Below, one piece after another: positions 19,029-30,962 of a DNA stretch of 57,546 nucleotides (positions are counted from its first letter, which is position 1; each line of letters starts with the position of its first letter). Below the pieces are notes generated by a model. That model searched no databases. It saw only the letters and a program-made list of their open reading frames with translations, and was not told where the DNA came from. The DNA comes from Sphingomonadales bacterium (GTDB lineage Bacteria > Pseudomonadota > Alphaproteobacteria > Sphingomonadales > Sphingomonadaceae), in the NCBI GenBank assembly GCA_027490455.1, contig JAIXYC010000042.1:1-57546 (forward strand), given 5' to 3'. A program made the translations under genes and the position numbers.

Positions 19029-20840
19029 TTATGCCGAAGGAACGGCCTCGTCTTCGGCTTCGCTTTGCTGCCGTGCCCACATTTCGGCATAGAGCCCGCC
19101 TTTGCGCAGCAATTCATTGTGCGTCCCTTGTTCGGCAACGCGTCCGACATCCAAAACCATGATCTGGTCGGCATCGACTATGGTCGACAGCCGGTGGGCG
19201 ATGATGATTGTCGTGCGGCGTTCCGAAATGCGTTCAAGCGTCGCCTGAATTTCGGACTCGGTGCGGCTATCCAGCGCGCTGGTCGCTTCATCAAGGATCA
19301 GGATCGGCGGATTTTTCAACAACGTCCGCGCAATGGCCACACGCTGCTTTTCGCCGCCGGACAGTTTCAACCCGCGTTCGCCGACCTTGGCAGCATATTG
19401 TTCTGGCAGTGACTCGATAAAGCCGTGAATCGACGCGCCGCGTGCGGCCTCTTCGATTTCGCTTTGGCTCGATCCCTCACGGCCATAACCGATATTATAG
19501 CCAATGCTGTCGTTGAACAGCACGGTGTCCTGCGGGACAATGCCAATGACGCTGCGCAGGCTTGATTGCGTCACATCGCGCAGATCCTGCCCGTCGATGG
19601 TAATGCGGCCGCCGGTGATGTCGTAAAAACGGTATAGTAGCCGCGCAATGGTCGACTTGCCCGCGCCCGATGGCCCCACCACCGCGAGGGTATGCCCCGG
19701 TTCAATTGTGAAGCTGACGCCGTTGAGGATTTGCCGGTCGGGGTCATAGCCAAAGCGCACATCTTCAAACGCCACAGCGCCGCCCGACACGGCCAAGGCA
19801 GGCGCCCCGGGCTTATCCGTAATTTCGGCGGGCGTATCGATCAGGTCGAACATCGCGGCCATATCCGTGAGGCCTTGGCGAATGGTGCGGTACACCATCC
19901 CAAGCATATCCAGCGGCCGGAAAAGCTGCGCCAACAAGGTGTTGACGGTGACAACGTCGCCAGTTGTAAACTGGCCGCGCGACCAGCCCCAAACGACATA
20001 GCCCATGGCGCCCGCCATCATCAAATTGGTGATCAGCGACTGCCCGATATTCAGCGCGGCAAGCGAGTTTTCCGATTTGACGGCGGCATTTGCATAATGA
20101 TGAACCACCTCAGCATAGCGGCGTGTCTCACGCTTTTCGGCGTTGAAATATTTCACCGTTTCATAATTGAGCAGACTGTCGACCGACTTTGCGACCGTCT
20201 GGGTATCCAGCTCGTTCATTTCCTCGCGCAATTTGTTGCGCCAGTTGGTGATGACGGTGGTGTAGGCGATGTAGCTGACCACCATGATAAGCGTCGCCGC
20301 AACCATACCCCAACCAAATTCAATCTTGAAATATGCGGAGACCAGAACGAGCTCAAGCAAGGTCGGCGCGATGTTGAACAGCAGGAAATAGAGCATGATA
20401 TCGATGCTCTTGGTGCCGCGTTCGATAACCTTGGTTACCGCGCCTGTTCGGCGGTTCATATGAAAGCGCATCGATAGATTGTGCAAATGGCTGAAGACAT
20501 TTTCGGCCAAACGGCGGGTGGCTTCTTGCCCGACGCGCTCAAAAACCACGTTGCGTAGATTGTCGAACAAGACGCCGCCAAAACGCGCACCCGCATAGGC
20601 GGCCACGAGCGCAATCGCGATAGCGACGCTGTCTTCCATGCCGGGAACCATGCGGTCGATGGCCTGACCATAGACCCACGCCATGCTTAACTGAATGAGC
20701 TTGGAGACCACCACCAGCAACAGCGCAAACACAATGCGCGCGCGCAGGCCAGCCTCACCCTTTGGCCACAAATATGGCAAGAAACGACGCATCACGGCGA
20801 AATCGGGCTTGGCGTCTGACGTGGGGGCTAATGGTGGCAC
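19029..20840 (-). CDS. Atm1/ABCB7-type ABC exporter (fused permease-ATPase)
   Basis: DSLLNYETVKYF, GPSGAGKS, LSGGEKQR and DEATSALD. GTG start. Confidence 0.92.
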   Translation of the reverse strand: MPPLAPTSDAKPDFAVMRRFLPYLWPKGEAGLRARIVFALLLVVVSKLIQLSMAWVYGQAIDRMVPGMEDSVAIAIALVAAYAGARFGGVLFDNLRNVVFERVGQEATRRLAENVFSHLHNLSMRFHMNRRTGAVTKVIERGTKSIDIMLYFLLFNIAPTLLELVLVSAYFKIEFGWGMVAATLIMVVSYIAYTTVITNWRNKLREEMNELDTQTVAKSVDSLLNYETVKYFNAEKRETRRYAEVVHHYANAAVKSENSLAALNIGQSLITNLMMAGAMGYVVWGWSRGQFTTGDVVTVNTLLAQLFRPLDMLGMVYRTIRQGLTDMAAMFDLIDTPAEITDKPGAPALAVSGGAVAFEDVRFGYDPDRQILNGVSFTIEPGHTLAVVGPSGAGKSTIARLLYRFYDITGGRITIDGQDLRDVTQSSLRSVIGIVPQDTVLFNDSIGYNIGYGREGSSQSEIEEAARGASIHGFIESLPEQYAAKVGERGLKLSGGEKQRVAIARTLLKNPPILILDEATSALDSRTESEIQATLERISERRTTIIIAHRLSTIVDADQIMVLDVGRVAEQGTHNELLRKGGLYAEMWARQQSEAEDEAVPSA

Positions 20841-20881
20841 AGGGGCCGTATAATTAGATTAAACGAAAGCGCAAACGTCCA

Positions 20882-21151
20882 TCATGTGCGACCCGAAAGC
20901 AGCATCCATGTCGCTACCGCGTTAATGCCCGTATATACCCCATAGGTCAGCGAAACCGCCCACGACCCGCCATTGGCGAACCACAGCGCGCCCATCAGCA
21001 ACGCCAGTTCGATGGCGTAGCTGCCATAAGGACTGAAACGCGGGTTGAAATAACGCTTGGTTTCTTCAACGAAGGGATGTCCGGATTCTGAAACTGCCTT
21101 GTGCATGGCAAAATTGGCAATGCCCATAAAGAAGCAGAAAATCAGCAGCAC
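20882..21151 (-). CDS. small hypothetical membrane protein
   Basis: Hydrophobic 89-aa ORF within a co-directional run. Confidence 0.65.
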   Translation of the reverse strand: MLLIFCFFMGIANFAMHKAVSESGHPFVEETKRYFNPRFSPYGSYAIELALLMGALWFANGGSWAVSLTYGVYTGINAVATWMLLSGRT

Positions 21152-21160
21152 AACGTTGCT

Positions 21161-22297
21161 TCATGGCCCTTCGCGGATTGCGCGCGCTTCATTGCGTTCC
21201 GATTGCCGCTCAAGCGCGACCTTAATCATCGCGATGATGGGGTCCGCCAGTGCAAGCCCCAATATGCCGAACAAAGCGCCGAACAGGATCTGCGCGCCAA
21301 GGACAAGCGCGGGCGCCAGATCGACTGCGCGTTTGGCGACCATGGGCACAATCAGATAGCCGTCGACCATCTGAACGACGAAATATACGAAGATGGCATA
21401 AAGACCGACATCAAAACCTGCCGAAAATCCGACGAGGATGATGAGCGCGCCCGATACGATAGCGCCGATATTGGGCAAAAACGCCAACAGCCCTGTGAGC
21501 ACACCCAAAAGCGCCGCCATGGGTACGCCGCCAAGGCTGAGCAATATCCATGTGCCAAAACCTTCCACCGCCATACCGAGCAACCGGCCGGCCATGAGGC
21601 GGCGCAATACGCTGCCCATTTTGGCGGCGGTGACATAGAAATGCTCGCGCTCCGCCAGCGGTAACATCCATGCGACGCCGCGTTCATACATGCGCGGTTC
21701 GGCGGCGATGAATATGGCGAGGACCAGCATCATCGCCATATTGGTCACAGTGCCGACCACCGAAGAAACGGCGGCGGTTACGCGGCCGACGGAATTCAAA
21801 ATCTGCGTGCCGAAGCTTTTGACATCTTCTGCCGATATGTTGAATCCGGCAGCAGCAATACGGTTGCCGATGGATTCAATCTGCGCTTCGACAATAGCCT
21901 GAAGGCTGGCGGCCTGCGCGGCAAGCTCGGATCCCGTGAAGACAAATGTCCAATACATGAAACCGAATACGGCAAGGACAACGATGGTCAGGCGGATACC
22001 GCGCGGGATGGGCAACACCCGGCCAAGCAAACGTGCGCCGCCATCAAACATCGCGGCAAGGACAAGACCGCCCATGATGAGCAGCAGCGGCTGCGCCAAC
22101 CAGACAAGCCCGACGACAAATGCGGTCATGCCAATCCAGACCGCCGCCCGCTTAATCTCGGTGCGGATTATGGGGTCGTAAAGTTCGGTTGGGCCTACCT
22201 CTTCGCGAAATGTGTCTTCCTGAACCGCCCGCTTTCTGCGGGTGCGCCGCGCCTTGGCGGGTTTTGCGGCAGGGGCTTCTTTCGCGATATCATTCAC
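21161..22297 (-). CDS. AI-2E family transporter
   Basis: Multi-TM protein with FLPNIG, QMVDGYLIVP and GILGLALADP. The GTG start overlaps the lepB stop. Confidence 0.88.
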   Translation of the reverse strand: MNDIAKEAPAAKPAKARRTRRKRAVQEDTFREEVGPTELYDPIIRTEIKRAAVWIGMTAFVVGLVWLAQPLLLIMGGLVLAAMFDGGARLLGRVLPIPRGIRLTIVVLAVFGFMYWTFVFTGSELAAQAASLQAIVEAQIESIGNRIAAAGFNISAEDVKSFGTQILNSVGRVTAAVSSVVGTVTNMAMMLVLAIFIAAEPRMYERGVAWMLPLAEREHFYVTAAKMGSVLRRLMAGRLLGMAVEGFGTWILLSLGGVPMAALLGVLTGLLAFLPNIGAIVSGALIILVGFSAGFDVGLYAIFVYFVVQMVDGYLIVPMVAKRAVDLAPALVLGAQILFGALFGILGLALADPIIAMIKVALERQSERNEARAIREGP

Positions 22298-23234
22298 TTG
22301 AACGGACCTTTTTGGGACGCAGGCTGGTGCCCGCGCGGTCACCGCGCAGCGATGAAATCCACGTTGCCGGGTTTAGGCCAGTGCTGCCATCGACAGAGAA
22401 GGTAATGATTTCCGCGCGGCCGCCAATGCGATCCCAAGATACCGGGCCGCCAAGGCCGCCCAGCGCCTCTGGCACGCGGCTGTCGGAGCTATTGTCGCGG
22501 TTGTCGCCCATCAAGAACACATGGCCCGCAGGTATTTTTACAGGTTCCATATCATCGGTCTCGCGTCGGCGGGCATCGATGGTGTCATATTGTACGCCAT
22601 TGGGCAGCGTTTCGCGAATGATAGGCAGATTGCATGTCATAACGCCGTCATCGCCCTGCGTCAGCGCGCCCGGGAAATCATAATCATTGCATGGATTATT
22701 GGCATCGACAGGCAAAACCAGATTGAGCTGGGTATCTTGCTTAACGGGCTTGCCGTTCAGGAAAATCTGACCTTCGCGCAAGGCAATCGTGTCACCGGGC
22801 AGGCCAATGACACGTTTGATCCAATCCTGATATTTGCCCTTCGGCGTCAAAATCACAATATCGCCACGGGCCGGTATTTTCCCCCAGACCCGCTTCTCGC
22901 TTTCCGGAAGCGGGACGGCCAGCGCCTCTACTTCCTCGCGTAGCACCAGCCAACGAAATATCGCGACCGGATTGGGAATGGTGGGCGACACATGGCTCCA
23001 GCCATAGGGATATTTGCTCACGAACAACCGGTCGCCCACTAGCAATGTTGGCATCATTGATATCGACGGGATATAAAACGGCTTTGCAATGAAGCTGTGA
23101 AACGCAAGAACGGCCATCAGCAGCCAGAACATCCCTTTGATTTCCGCCCAAATAGCAGAGGCCAAGCCGCGTTTTTCAGGGACTGGAGTGGCCGGGACAT
23201 TGGGGTCGATATTGTCGGTGGTCAAACTGGTCAT
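22290..23234 (-). CDS. lepB: signal peptidase I
   Basis: [19 protein letters not shown] and [12 protein letters not shown]. Confidence 0.95.
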   Translation of the reverse strand: MTSLTTDNIDPNVPATPVPEKRGLASAIWAEIKGMFWLLMAVLAFHSFIAKPFYIPSISMMPTLLVGDRLFVSKYPYGWSHVSPTIPNPVAIFRWLVLREEVEALAVPLPESEKRVWGKIPARGDIVILTPKGKYQDWIKRVIGLPGDTIALREGQIFLNGKPVKQDTQLNLVLPVDANNPCNDYDFPGALTQGDDGVMTCNLPIIRETLPNGVQYDTIDARRRETDDMEPVKIPAGHVFLMGDNRDNSSDSRVPEALGGLGGPVSWDRIGGRAEIITFSVDGSTGLNPATWISSLRGDRAGTSLRPKKVRSSE

Positions 23235-23641
23235 GCCTTTTGCGATGGTAACGCTTCGATAATGACAAATGCCTGCGCCCATGGGTGGTCATCAGTCAGT
23301 GTCAGATGAATATGGGCTTCATAGCCCGAAGGAATCATTGCGTCGAGCCGCGCTTTTGCGCCGCCCGTCAGCGCCAGCGTTGGCGCACCTGACGGCGCGT
23401 TGACCACGCCAATATCTTTCATGAACACTTTATGCTTAAATCCGGTTCCAACAGCTTTTGAAAAAGCCTCTTTGGCCGCAAAACGTTTGGCATATGTGCC
23501 CGCCCGTGTGAATGGTCGCTTGCCAGCTTTGGCGCGCTCGACGTCGGTAAAGACACGCTTTTCAAACCGCTCGCCAAAGCGCTCAAGCGAATGGGCGATG
23601 CGTTCGATATTACAAAGGTCGGAACCCAGCCCGATTATCAC
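23231..23641 (-). CDS. acpS: holo-ACP synthase
   Basis: IIGLGSD and [11 protein letters not shown]. Lies in the pdxJ-acpS-lepB order. Confidence 0.96.
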   Translation of the reverse strand: MIIGLGSDLCNIERIAHSLERFGERFEKRVFTDVERAKAGKRPFTRAGTYAKRFAAKEAFSKAVGTGFKHKVFMKDIGVVNAPSGAPTLALTGGAKARLDAMIPSGYEAHIHLTLTDDHPWAQAFVIIEALPSQKA

Positions 23642-24378
23642 CGCGCGAGATCCATTAACGTCCGCATTTTCCGGACGCTTTCCTCCAGACCGATGAAGAT
23701 TGCCTCACCAATCAGATAATGCCCGATGTTCAGCTCCGCGAACTGCGGAATGGCGGCGATGGGTTGGACATTTTCAAATGTCAGGCCGTGGCCAGCATGC
23801 GGTTCGATGCCATTTTTAGCCGCAAGCGCGGCAGCGTCCGCAATGCGGCGAAGCTCTATTTCGCGTTCTTCGCCGTCTGCGTGCGCATATTTGCCGGTGT
23901 GAAATTCCACGATGGGCGCTTTCAAGCGGATGGCGGCTTCAATCTGGCGCGCGTCGGGTTCGATGAACAGGCTCACGCGGATGCCCGCGTCGGCGAGCCG
24001 CGTGACGATGGGCGCGAGATGATTGTGTTGCCCAGCGGCATCAAGCCCACCCTCGGTCGTGCGTTCTTCGCGCCGTTCGGGGACGATGCAGGCAGCATGC
24101 GGCTTATGCCGAAGCGCGATTTCCAGCATTTCGTCCGTTGCCGCCATTTCCAAGTTAATGGGCAAGCGGATTTCCCGCATAATCGCGTCGAGGTCAGCGT
24201 CGCGAATATGCCGGCGGTCTTCGCGCAAATGGACGGTGATGCCATCGCCGCCCGCTGCTTCGACCATATGTGCGGCGCGCATCGGATCGGGATGCATTCC
24301 GCCACGCGCATTTCGGATCGTCGCAACATGGTCGATATTGACGCCAAGACGCAGACGAGACGAATGCTCTGACGTCAT
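23638..24378 (-). CDS. pdxJ: pyridoxine 5'-phosphate synthase
   Basis: [31 protein letters not shown] and ELNIGH. Confidence 0.97.
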   Translation of the reverse strand: MTSEHSSRLRLGVNIDHVATIRNARGGMHPDPMRAAHMVEAAGGDGITVHLREDRRHIRDADLDAIMREIRLPINLEMAATDEMLEIALRHKPHAACIVPERREERTTEGGLDAAGQHNHLAPIVTRLADAGIRVSLFIEPDARQIEAAIRLKAPIVEFHTGKYAHADGEEREIELRRIADAAALAAKNGIEPHAGHGLTFENVQPIAAIPQFAELNIGHYLIGEAIFIGLEESVRKMRTLMDLAR

Positions 24379-24956
24379 AGCTTACGGCTACCGGGCTTTA
24401 CCGCCTCGGTCGCAGCCAATTCAGGCGGCAATTCATCAGGGGCATAGGTTGGAAAGTTCAGCTGAATGAGCGGGAAGAATGGCACGCCGAGGTCGACGGT
24501 GCCTGCCGAACGGTCCACCACTGCGCCAGCGGCGATGACATGACCGCCTGCGGCTTCGATCGCCGCTATCGCTTCACGCGATGAAAGGCCGGTCGTCACG
24601 ACATCTTCCATCATCAGGATTTTGGTGCCTGGCGCGATCGAAAAACCGCGACGCAGACCAAAGACGCCGTCAGGACGTTCCACGAACATCGCATCAACGC
24701 CAAGCGCGCGACCCATTTCATGGCCGATGATCAGGCCACCCATGGCCGGGGAAATGACGGCTTCGATCTCGTTTCGCAGCTCGCGCGGCATTTTTTGTGT
24801 CAGCGCCAAGGCAATGCGCCCCGCACGTTCGGGATTCATCAGCAGGCGTGCGCACTGAAGATAATACGCGCTGTGGCGACCGGACGACAGCAGGAAATGT
24901 CCTTCGAGCAGTGCGTCGACGCTACGGAATTCAGATAATATTTCATCTTCGGTCAT
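24375..24956 (-). CDS. pyrE: orotate phosphoribosyltransferase
   Basis: [11 protein letters not shown] and [11 protein letters not shown] at 24956. Confidence 0.94.
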   Translation of the reverse strand: MTEDEILSEFRSVDALLEGHFLLSSGRHSAYYLQCARLLMNPERAGRIALALTQKMPRELRNEIEAVISPAMGGLIIGHEMGRALGVDAMFVERPDGVFGLRRGFSIAPGTKILMMEDVVTTGLSSREAIAAIEAAGGHVIAAGAVVDRSAGTVDLGVPFFPLIQLNFPTYAPDELPPELAATEAVKPGSRKL

Positions 24957-25075
24957 GATGGGGAGATTTTTCCTGGCTGGCGAATGTTGTGTTTTGCATC
25001 TTCCGTTTAGCGGATTGCAACGCAAATAGGTAGAAGAGTGGAGCAATTAAATGCTAAAAATCATAAATCGACCGC

Positions 25076-25104
25076 TTGAGGGTTCAGATAAGCGCGCCTA
25101 TAGG
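25076..25104 (+). promoter_or_regulatory. putative sigma70 promoter of the cox operon
   Basis: TTGAGG-N17-TATAGG, followed by a GC hairpin at 25117-25135. Confidence 0.45.
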
Positions 25105-25184
25105 TCGCGCGAGTCCGACCCTCCAGCGGGGGGTCAGGCCTACGCAATATTTCTGCGTCGCACCAAGAATACGGGGCTAAATTG

Positions 25185-26297
25185 ATGATTATGTTGAAGA
25201 AATTTCTGGTTGTAATGGCTGCCATGGCAATGCCGTCATTGGCATTGGCGCAGCCTGCGAATCCCGCGCCTGCGCCAGTCACGAAAGAAGTGGCTGCACC
25301 GGTTGTAGCAACGCCAGCCGCAGCAGCACCTGTTGCCGCTGCAGCAGAAGCAGCGCCAGCCGCCGCCGCTGCGCCGAAATCGATGGATGGATCGCTTCCT
25401 GGCTACACGCCAATGCGCCCTGACTATGCCAACAGCGTCGGTATGCCGAAGCCGAAGGAAGTCGATTTTCAGGAACAGTTCAGCGACAATGGCCAATATG
25501 CAAAATGGATTAACAACGCCATTTTGTTGCCAATCATCACGATCATTTCGCTTTTCGTTCTGGGCTTGCTGCTTTGGGTGATCGTGCGCTTCAACCGCCG
25601 TGCAAATCCCGTCCCTTCAAAGACGACGCACAATACCTTCATTGAGGTCGTTTGGACGTTGATCCCAGTCCTCATCCTTCTCGGCATTGCTTACCCATCG
25701 CTTGACTTGCTTGCCAAGCAGTTCAAGCCAGCACCGGCAGAAGCAGTGACCATTAAGGCAACCGGCTATCAGTGGTATTGGGGTTACACTTATCCTGATC
25801 ATGGCGGCTTTGAAGTTGTGTCCAACATGCTCAAAGAGGAAGGCGATGTTGCCAAGGGCGAGCGCTTCCGTACCGAAAACGATGGCCCCAAGCTGATGGC
25901 CGCCGACAATCGTATGGTCGTGCCAGCGGGCGTTCCGCTCCGCATTCAGACAACGGCTGCAGACGTGATCCACGCCTTCGCCGTCCCATCGCTTTGGTTC
26001 AAGCTTGATGCCGTCCCTGGCCGTTTGAACGAAAAGTCGCTGACGATCACGAAGCCCGGCGTGTATTTCGGACAATGTTCGGAGCTTTGCGGTGCACGGC
26101 ATGCGTTTATGCCCATCGTTGTAGAAGCGCTGCCACCCGAAAAATTTGCTGCATGGGTTAAAGCGCAAGGCGGAACGATGCCCGGCGCTGAAAAGCCTGC
26201 ACCAGCAGCCCCAGCCGTAGCTGCCCCAGCCGCCGCTGCAGCACCTGCACCAACCACTGACCCAGTCGCTGCCCCTGCCGCAGCGCCAACCAAGTAA
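25185..26297 (+). CDS. coxB: cytochrome c oxidase subunit II
   Basis: [14 protein letters not shown] and the CuA motif [14 protein letters not shown]. It has a signal peptide and Ala/Pro-rich tails. Start is 25185 or 25191. Confidence 0.96.
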   Translation: MIMLKKFLVVMAAMAMPSLALAQPANPAPAPVTKEVAAPVVATPAAAAPVAAAAEAAPAAAAAPKSMDGSLPGYTPMRPDYANSVGMPKPKEVDFQEQFSDNGQYAKWINNAILLPIITIISLFVLGLLLWVIVRFNRRANPVPSKTTHNTFIEVVWTLIPVLILLGIAYPSLDLLAKQFKPAPAEAVTIKATGYQWYWGYTYPDHGGFEVVSNMLKEEGDVAKGERFRTENDGPKLMAADNRMVVPAGVPLRIQTTAADVIHAFAVPSLWFKLDAVPGRLNEKSLTITKPGVYFGQCSELCGARHAFMPIVVEALPPEKFAAWVKAQGGTMPGAEKPAPAAPAVAAPAAAAAPAPTTDPVAAPAAAPTK

Positions 26298-26310
26298 AAA
26301 GGCCAGACTG

Positions 26311-27978
26311 ATGACCACGATTGCCGCAACAGGTACAGACCTCCACGCGCATGACCATCATGACGCGGATCATAAGCCGGGCTTCTTCGCGCGCTGGTTT
26401 ATGTCGACCAACCACAAAGATATCGGCACGCTCTATTTGATCTTCGCGATTTTCGCAGGGATCATCGGCGGCGCGATTTCGGGCCTCATGCGCCTTGAGC
26501 TGGCCGCGCCGGGTATTCAGTATCTTCAAGGCTGGGCATCCATGATGGCCGGCAAGGAAGCGTCTTTGGACGAAGCATATCATATGTGGAATGTCCTCAT
26601 CACTGCCCACGGTCTGATCATGGTGTTCTTCATGGTCATGCCAGCCATCATCGGTGGTTTCGGCAACTGGTTCGTGCCGCTCATGATTGGCGCTCCAGAT
26701 ATGGCGTTCCCGCGTATGAACAATGTCAGCTTCTGGCTGACGGTTGTTGCGTTCATCATGTTGCTTGGCTCCAGCTTCGTACCCGGTGGTACGGGCCTTG
26801 GTGCCGGTACCGGTTGGACAGTATACGCACCGCTCTCGACCTCCGGATCCGTTGGACCTGCTGTGGATATGGCGATCTTCTCGCTTCACCTTGCAGGTGC
26901 GGCATCGATCCTTGGTGCGATCAACTTCATCACGACCATCTTCAACATGCGTGCCCCCGGCATGACGCTGCATAAAATGCCGCTGTTCGTCTGGTCCGTG
27001 CTTGTGACCGCATTCCTTCTGTTGCTTGCATTGCCCGTATTGGCTGCTGCCATCACGATGCTTTTGGTTGACCGTAACTTTGGCGGCGCATTCTTTGATG
27101 CGGCTGCCGGCGGTGACCCGGTATTGTATCAGCATCTGTTCTGGTTCTTCGGACATCCTGAAGTGTACATCATGATCTTGCCAGGCTTTGGCATTATCAG
27201 CCAGATCGTTGCGACGTTCAGCCGCAAGCCAGTCTTCGGTTATCTCGGCATGGCTTATGCCATGGTTGCCATCGGTGTTGTTGGCTTCGTCGTTTGGGCG
27301 CACCACATGTTCACCACGGGCATGAGCGTTGACATGAAGATGTACTTCACCGCGGCAACGATGGTGATCGCAGTGCCCACCGGCATTAAGATCTTCAGCT
27401 GGATCGCCACCATGTGGGGCGGTTCGGTCAGCTTCAAAACGCCGATGGTTTGGGCAATGGGCTTCATCTTCATGTTCACCGTTGGTGGCGTGACCGGTGT
27501 TGTGCTCGCCAACGGCGGTCTCGACGACAATCTGCACGACACATATTATGTTGTCGCCCACTTCCATTATGTGTTGTCGTTGGGTGCGGTCTTCTCGCTC
27601 TTCGCCGGCTTCTATTACTGGTTTGGCAAGATGTCGGGTCGTCACCTGAACGAATTTTTGGGCCATCTGCACTTCTGGGTGTTCTTCGTTGGCGTGAACG
27701 TCTTGTTCTTCCCAATGCACTTCCTCGGAAACTCCGGCATGCCACGTCGTTACCCCGATTATCCAGAAGCCTTCGCTTACTGGAACGGCGTTGCGTCGAT
27801 GGGCTATGCCATCATGGGTGTCGGTATCCTGATATTCTTCGTCAACGTGATCTGGTCTTTGTTGGCCGGTCGCCGCGCGGAAGACAATTATTGGGGTGAA
27901 GGCGCGACAACGCTTGAGTGGACGCTGACAAGCCCTCCACCATATCACCAGTTCGAAACGCTGCCGGTTATCAAGTAA
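26311..27978 (+). CDS. coxA: cytochrome c oxidase subunit I (aa3, type A1)
   Basis: [27 protein letters not shown] and MPRRY. Confidence 0.98.
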   Translation: MTTIAATGTDLHAHDHHDADHKPGFFARWFMSTNHKDIGTLYLIFAIFAGIIGGAISGLMRLELAAPGIQYLQGWASMMAGKEASLDEAYHMWNVLITAHGLIMVFFMVMPAIIGGFGNWFVPLMIGAPDMAFPRMNNVSFWLTVVAFIMLLGSSFVPGGTGLGAGTGWTVYAPLSTSGSVGPAVDMAIFSLHLAGAASILGAINFITTIFNMRAPGMTLHKMPLFVWSVLVTAFLLLLALPVLAAAITMLLVDRNFGGAFFDAAAGGDPVLYQHLFWFFGHPEVYIMILPGFGIISQIVATFSRKPVFGYLGMAYAMVAIGVVGFVVWAHHMFTTGMSVDMKMYFTAATMVIAVPTGIKIFSWIATMWGGSVSFKTPMVWAMGFIFMFTVGGVTGVVLANGGLDDNLHDTYYVVAHFHYVLSLGAVFSLFAGFYYWFGKMSGRHLNEFLGHLHFWVFFVGVNVLFFPMHFLGNSGMPRRYPDYPEAFAYWNGVASMGYAIMGVGILIFFVNVIWSLLAGRRAEDNYWGEGATTLEWTLTSPPPYHQFETLPVIK

Positions 27979-28026
27979 CCGGCGGCGGTTCGCCGCTTCA
28001 AAGCTTTAAGGCGTTTGGATACGGAC

Positions 28027-28932
28027 ATGACGAGCGCAGCGCGTGACATATTAATGCCCGCCGAATGGCGTGACTTCTGGGCTTTAACGAAGCCCAGAGT
28101 TATGTCGCTTGTCGTATTCACCGCTTTATGTGGTTTGCTGGCCGCGCCGGGCAACATCCACCCCATCATCGCTTTTACGGCCGTCCTGTGCATTGCCCTT
28201 GGCGCCGGTGCATGTGGTTCGCTGAACCAGTGGTACGAAGCCGATGTCGACGCCAAAATGGCGCGGACAGCACAGCGGCCATTGCCCGCCGGACGAATGG
28301 ATCGTGAGGCAGCGTTGCACTTCGGCGTTGGCCTTGCTGCCTTTTCCGTCGGCATCATGGGTGTTGCTGTAAACTGGCTGTCGGCCGGTTTGCTGGCTTT
28401 CTCGATATTCTTTTATTCCATCGTCTACACAATCTGGCTTAAGCCCAATACGCCGCAAAATATCGTTATCGGCGGTGCTGCGGGCGCATTTCCGCCGGTA
28501 ATTGGTTGGGCCGCCGTCACCGGTGATGTGACTTTCCTGCCGGTCGTGCTCTTCACCATCATCTTCTTGTGGACCCCGCCGCATTTTTGGGCGCTCGCGC
28601 TGTTTATGAAGACCGATTACGGCGCAGCGGGTATCCCGATGCTGCCAAATGTGAAGGGTCAGCGCGTCACGCGTAACCAGATATTTGGGTATAGCTTCCC
28701 GATGGCGGGCGCAGCGATATTGCCTTTCATCTTGGGCGATAGTGGCTGGCTATATGGTGCGGCTTCCTTAGTTTTGAGCGGGATATTCCTGATCCTTGCA
28801 TTCCGTGTCTGGCAAAATGAAGCCACCGATGCTGCGGCGATGAAGCCGGAGAAGCAGCTTTTCGCTTTCTCCATCCTGTATCTGTTTCTTTTGTTCGCCC
28901 TGTTCGCAATTGACCGTATGGTGATCGCATGA
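28027..28932 (+). CDS. ctaB: protoheme IX farnesyltransferase (heme o synthase)
   Basis: [24 protein letters not shown] and WTPPHFWAL. Confidence 0.96.
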   Translation: MTSAARDILMPAEWRDFWALTKPRVMSLVVFTALCGLLAAPGNIHPIIAFTAVLCIALGAGACGSLNQWYEADVDAKMARTAQRPLPAGRMDREAALHFGVGLAAFSVGIMGVAVNWLSAGLLAFSIFFYSIVYTIWLKPNTPQNIVIGGAAGAFPPVIGWAAVTGDVTFLPVVLFTIIFLWTPPHFWALALFMKTDYGAAGIPMLPNVKGQRVTRNQIFGYSFPMAGAAILPFILGDSGWLYGAASLVLSGIFLILAFRVWQNEATDAAAMKPEKQLFAFSILYLFLLFALFAIDRMVIA

Positions 28933-29084
28933 CTCAGTCTGACCAATCGCCCTATACCGCCGAAGAAACCGCGCTCATCCGCAAACGCCAAGCGGCGCGG
29001 TCGCGTGTCATGGGTGTTGCCCTCGTCGGCTTGTGTATATTGTTCTTCATGATCACAGTCGTAAAAGTTGGGGTCTGGGGCTGA
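28929..29084 (+). CDS. small single-TM cox operon protein (CoxF-like), 51 aa, absent from ORF track
   Basis: [51 protein letters not shown]. It overlaps ctaB (ATGA) and ctaG (TGATG). Confidence 0.8.
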   Translation: MTQSDQSPYTAEETALIRKRQAARSRVMGVALVGLCILFFMITVVKVGVWG

Positions 29085-29650
29085 TGGCTATATCGAACGC
29101 AAAAACTGGTTTTTTGGCAGGCGCGCTTGCCATTTCAATGGTTGGCGTCGGCTTTGCGGCTGTTCCCCTGTATCGCCTGTTTTGTCAGGTGACGGGTTTC
29201 GGCGGCACAACGATGCGGGTTGATGCGGCGCAAGCGGCTACCGTATCCGTCACGAACAAATCCATTGTCGTCCGTTTTGACGCCAATCATCGCGGCGACT
29301 TGCCGTGGGAATTCAAGCCGGAACGCCCGACCGACACGGTCAGCATCGGCGCGAAGGATATGTCGATTTATTTGGCAAAAAATTTGTCGAGCGAAGCGGT
29401 GACGGGGACGGCAACGTTTAACGTCACGCCGGCGCTGGCGGGCAAATATTTCAACAAAATACAGTGCTTTTGCTTCACCGAACAAACACTTAAGCCCGGT
29501 GAACAAGTTAGAATGCCGGTCCTATATTATGTCGATCCAAAGATCATGACCGATCCAGAAACCAAAGACATTGAAGAAATTACACTTAGCTACACATTCT
29601 ACCCAGTGGAAAAGCCAAACACGGTGGACCCGCAGGCGAACGGAAGCTAA
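29084..29650 (+). CDS. ctaG: cytochrome c oxidase assembly protein CtaG/Cox11
   Basis: VPLYRLFCQVTG and YFNKIQCFCF. Confidence 0.96.
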   Translation: MAISNAKTGFLAGALAISMVGVGFAAVPLYRLFCQVTGFGGTTMRVDAAQAATVSVTNKSIVVRFDANHRGDLPWEFKPERPTDTVSIGAKDMSIYLAKNLSSEAVTGTATFNVTPALAGKYFNKIQCFCFTEQTLKPGEQVRMPVLYYVDPKIMTDPETKDIEEITLSYTFYPVEKPNTVDPQANGS

Positions 29651-29687
29651 GGCAAACTTACCACGTTAAGACTACAGGGAATTGACC

Positions 29688-30575
29688 ATGGCGGGTGCCA
29701 AAAATCACGATTATCATATTCTGCCGCCGAGCATCACGCCCATATTGGGTTCGTTCTCGGCCCTGACGATGTTCTTCGGCCTCGTGATGTGGATGCATCC
29801 CGAGCAGTTCGGTTATGGTAGCCTCGTCTTTGGCCTTGGCCTTATCGGCGTATTGTACACCTTTTACGCATGGTGGTCCGATGTTGTGACCGAAGCGCAT
29901 GCGGGTGACCACACCCCTGTGGTTCAGCTTCACCTGCGCTACGGCATGATCATGTTCATCGCCTCGGAAGTCATGTTCTTCGTGGGCTGGTTCTGGGCAT
30001 GGTTTGACTATGCCTTGTTCCCAGTGCCGCTGGAAATCGTGAAGGATGCCGAAACGCACGCATTTACGGTAACCAACCTGATCGGCCAAGAAGGCGCCGC
30101 CGCTTTGATGCAGTGGCCACCAAAGGGTCTCGAGGTTCTCGATTCCATGAAATTGCCGCTTCTCAACACCTTGATCCTGTTGTGCTCGGGCACCACCGTC
30201 ACTTGGGCGCACCATGCGCTCATCCATGGCGACCGCGAAGGTTTGAAAAAAGGTCTGTTGGCGACGATCCTGTTGGGCCTGCTGTTCAGCTCCATTCAGG
30301 CCTATGAGTATCTGGAAGCACCGTTTCCATTCGCTGGCCTGAACTATGGCACCGCATTTTATATGGCGACTGGCTTCCACGGTTTCCACGTGATCGTTGG
30401 TACAATATTCTTGGCAGTATGCCTTGTGCGTGCAAACAAAGGCCACTTCACACCAAAGCAGCATTTCGGTTTTGAAGCTGCGGCTTGGTACTGGCACTTT
30501 GTCGACGTGGTGTGGCTGTTCCTGTTCATCGCCATCTACATTTGGGGTGGCTGGGGCGCACCAGTTCACGCGTAA
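29688..30575 (+). CDS. coxC: cytochrome c oxidase subunit III
   Basis: FIASEVMFF, TGFHGFHV and WYWHFVDVVW. Confidence 0.97.
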   Translation: MAGAKNHDYHILPPSITPILGSFSALTMFFGLVMWMHPEQFGYGSLVFGLGLIGVLYTFYAWWSDVVTEAHAGDHTPVVQLHLRYGMIMFIASEVMFFVGWFWAWFDYALFPVPLEIVKDAETHAFTVTNLIGQEGAAALMQWPPKGLEVLDSMKLPLLNTLILLCSGTTVTWAHHALIHGDREGLKKGLLATILLGLLFSSIQAYEYLEAPFPFAGLNYGTAFYMATGFHGFHVIVGTIFLAVCLVRANKGHFTPKQHFGFEAAAWYWHFVDVVWLFLFIAIYIWGGWGAPVHA

Positions 30576-30962
30576 ATGACAGCAGAGCAATCTCCAGAAG
30601 GGCGGCCCAGCATATTGCGGGCTGCCCTTTTTGGTCTCTGCCCCCAATGCGGCGGCAAAACACTGTTTGCGGGGCTTGGCCAGTTTGCGGACTCATGTTC
30701 GCACTGCAAACTCGATTATGGTGCGTTTAACGTAGGCGATGGCCCTGCGGCATTGCTCACTATGGTGATTGGTGCGCTGATCATTGTCTTCGCTTTGCTG
30801 CTCGATTCCGCCGTCCGACCGCCCTTTTGGGTGCATGTCATCATTTGGGTTCCGGTGACCGCCGCATTAACCGTGGTAACGCTGCGGATGGCGAAAGCGG
30901 CATTGCTGGCATCGGAGTATCGCAACAAGGCACATGAAGCCGGGAAGGATGATCTGCTATGA
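30576..30962 (+). CDS. DUF983 family membrane protein
   Basis: CPQCG...CSHC Zn-ribbon, GDGPA and two TM helices. Confidence 0.85.
   Translation: MTAEQSPEGRPSILRAALFGLCPQCGGKTLFAGLGQFADSCSHCKLDYGAFNVGDGPAALLTMVIGALIIVFALLLDSAVRPPFWVHVIIWVPVTAALTVVTLRMAKAALLASEYRNKAHEAGKDDLL

Noticed and set aside
26158-27948. 596-aa antisense ORF over coxA (similar ORFs at 8768-9778, 29658-30647, 33948-35042, 52298-53197 and 56464-57534)
   Set aside because: These are shadow frames opposite well-identified genes with strong codon bias. They show no recognisable motifs.
27981-27998. GCGG-TTCG-CCGC hairpin after coxA as a terminator
   Set aside because: The stem is short with no proper U-tract. At most it is an intercistronic stabiliser.
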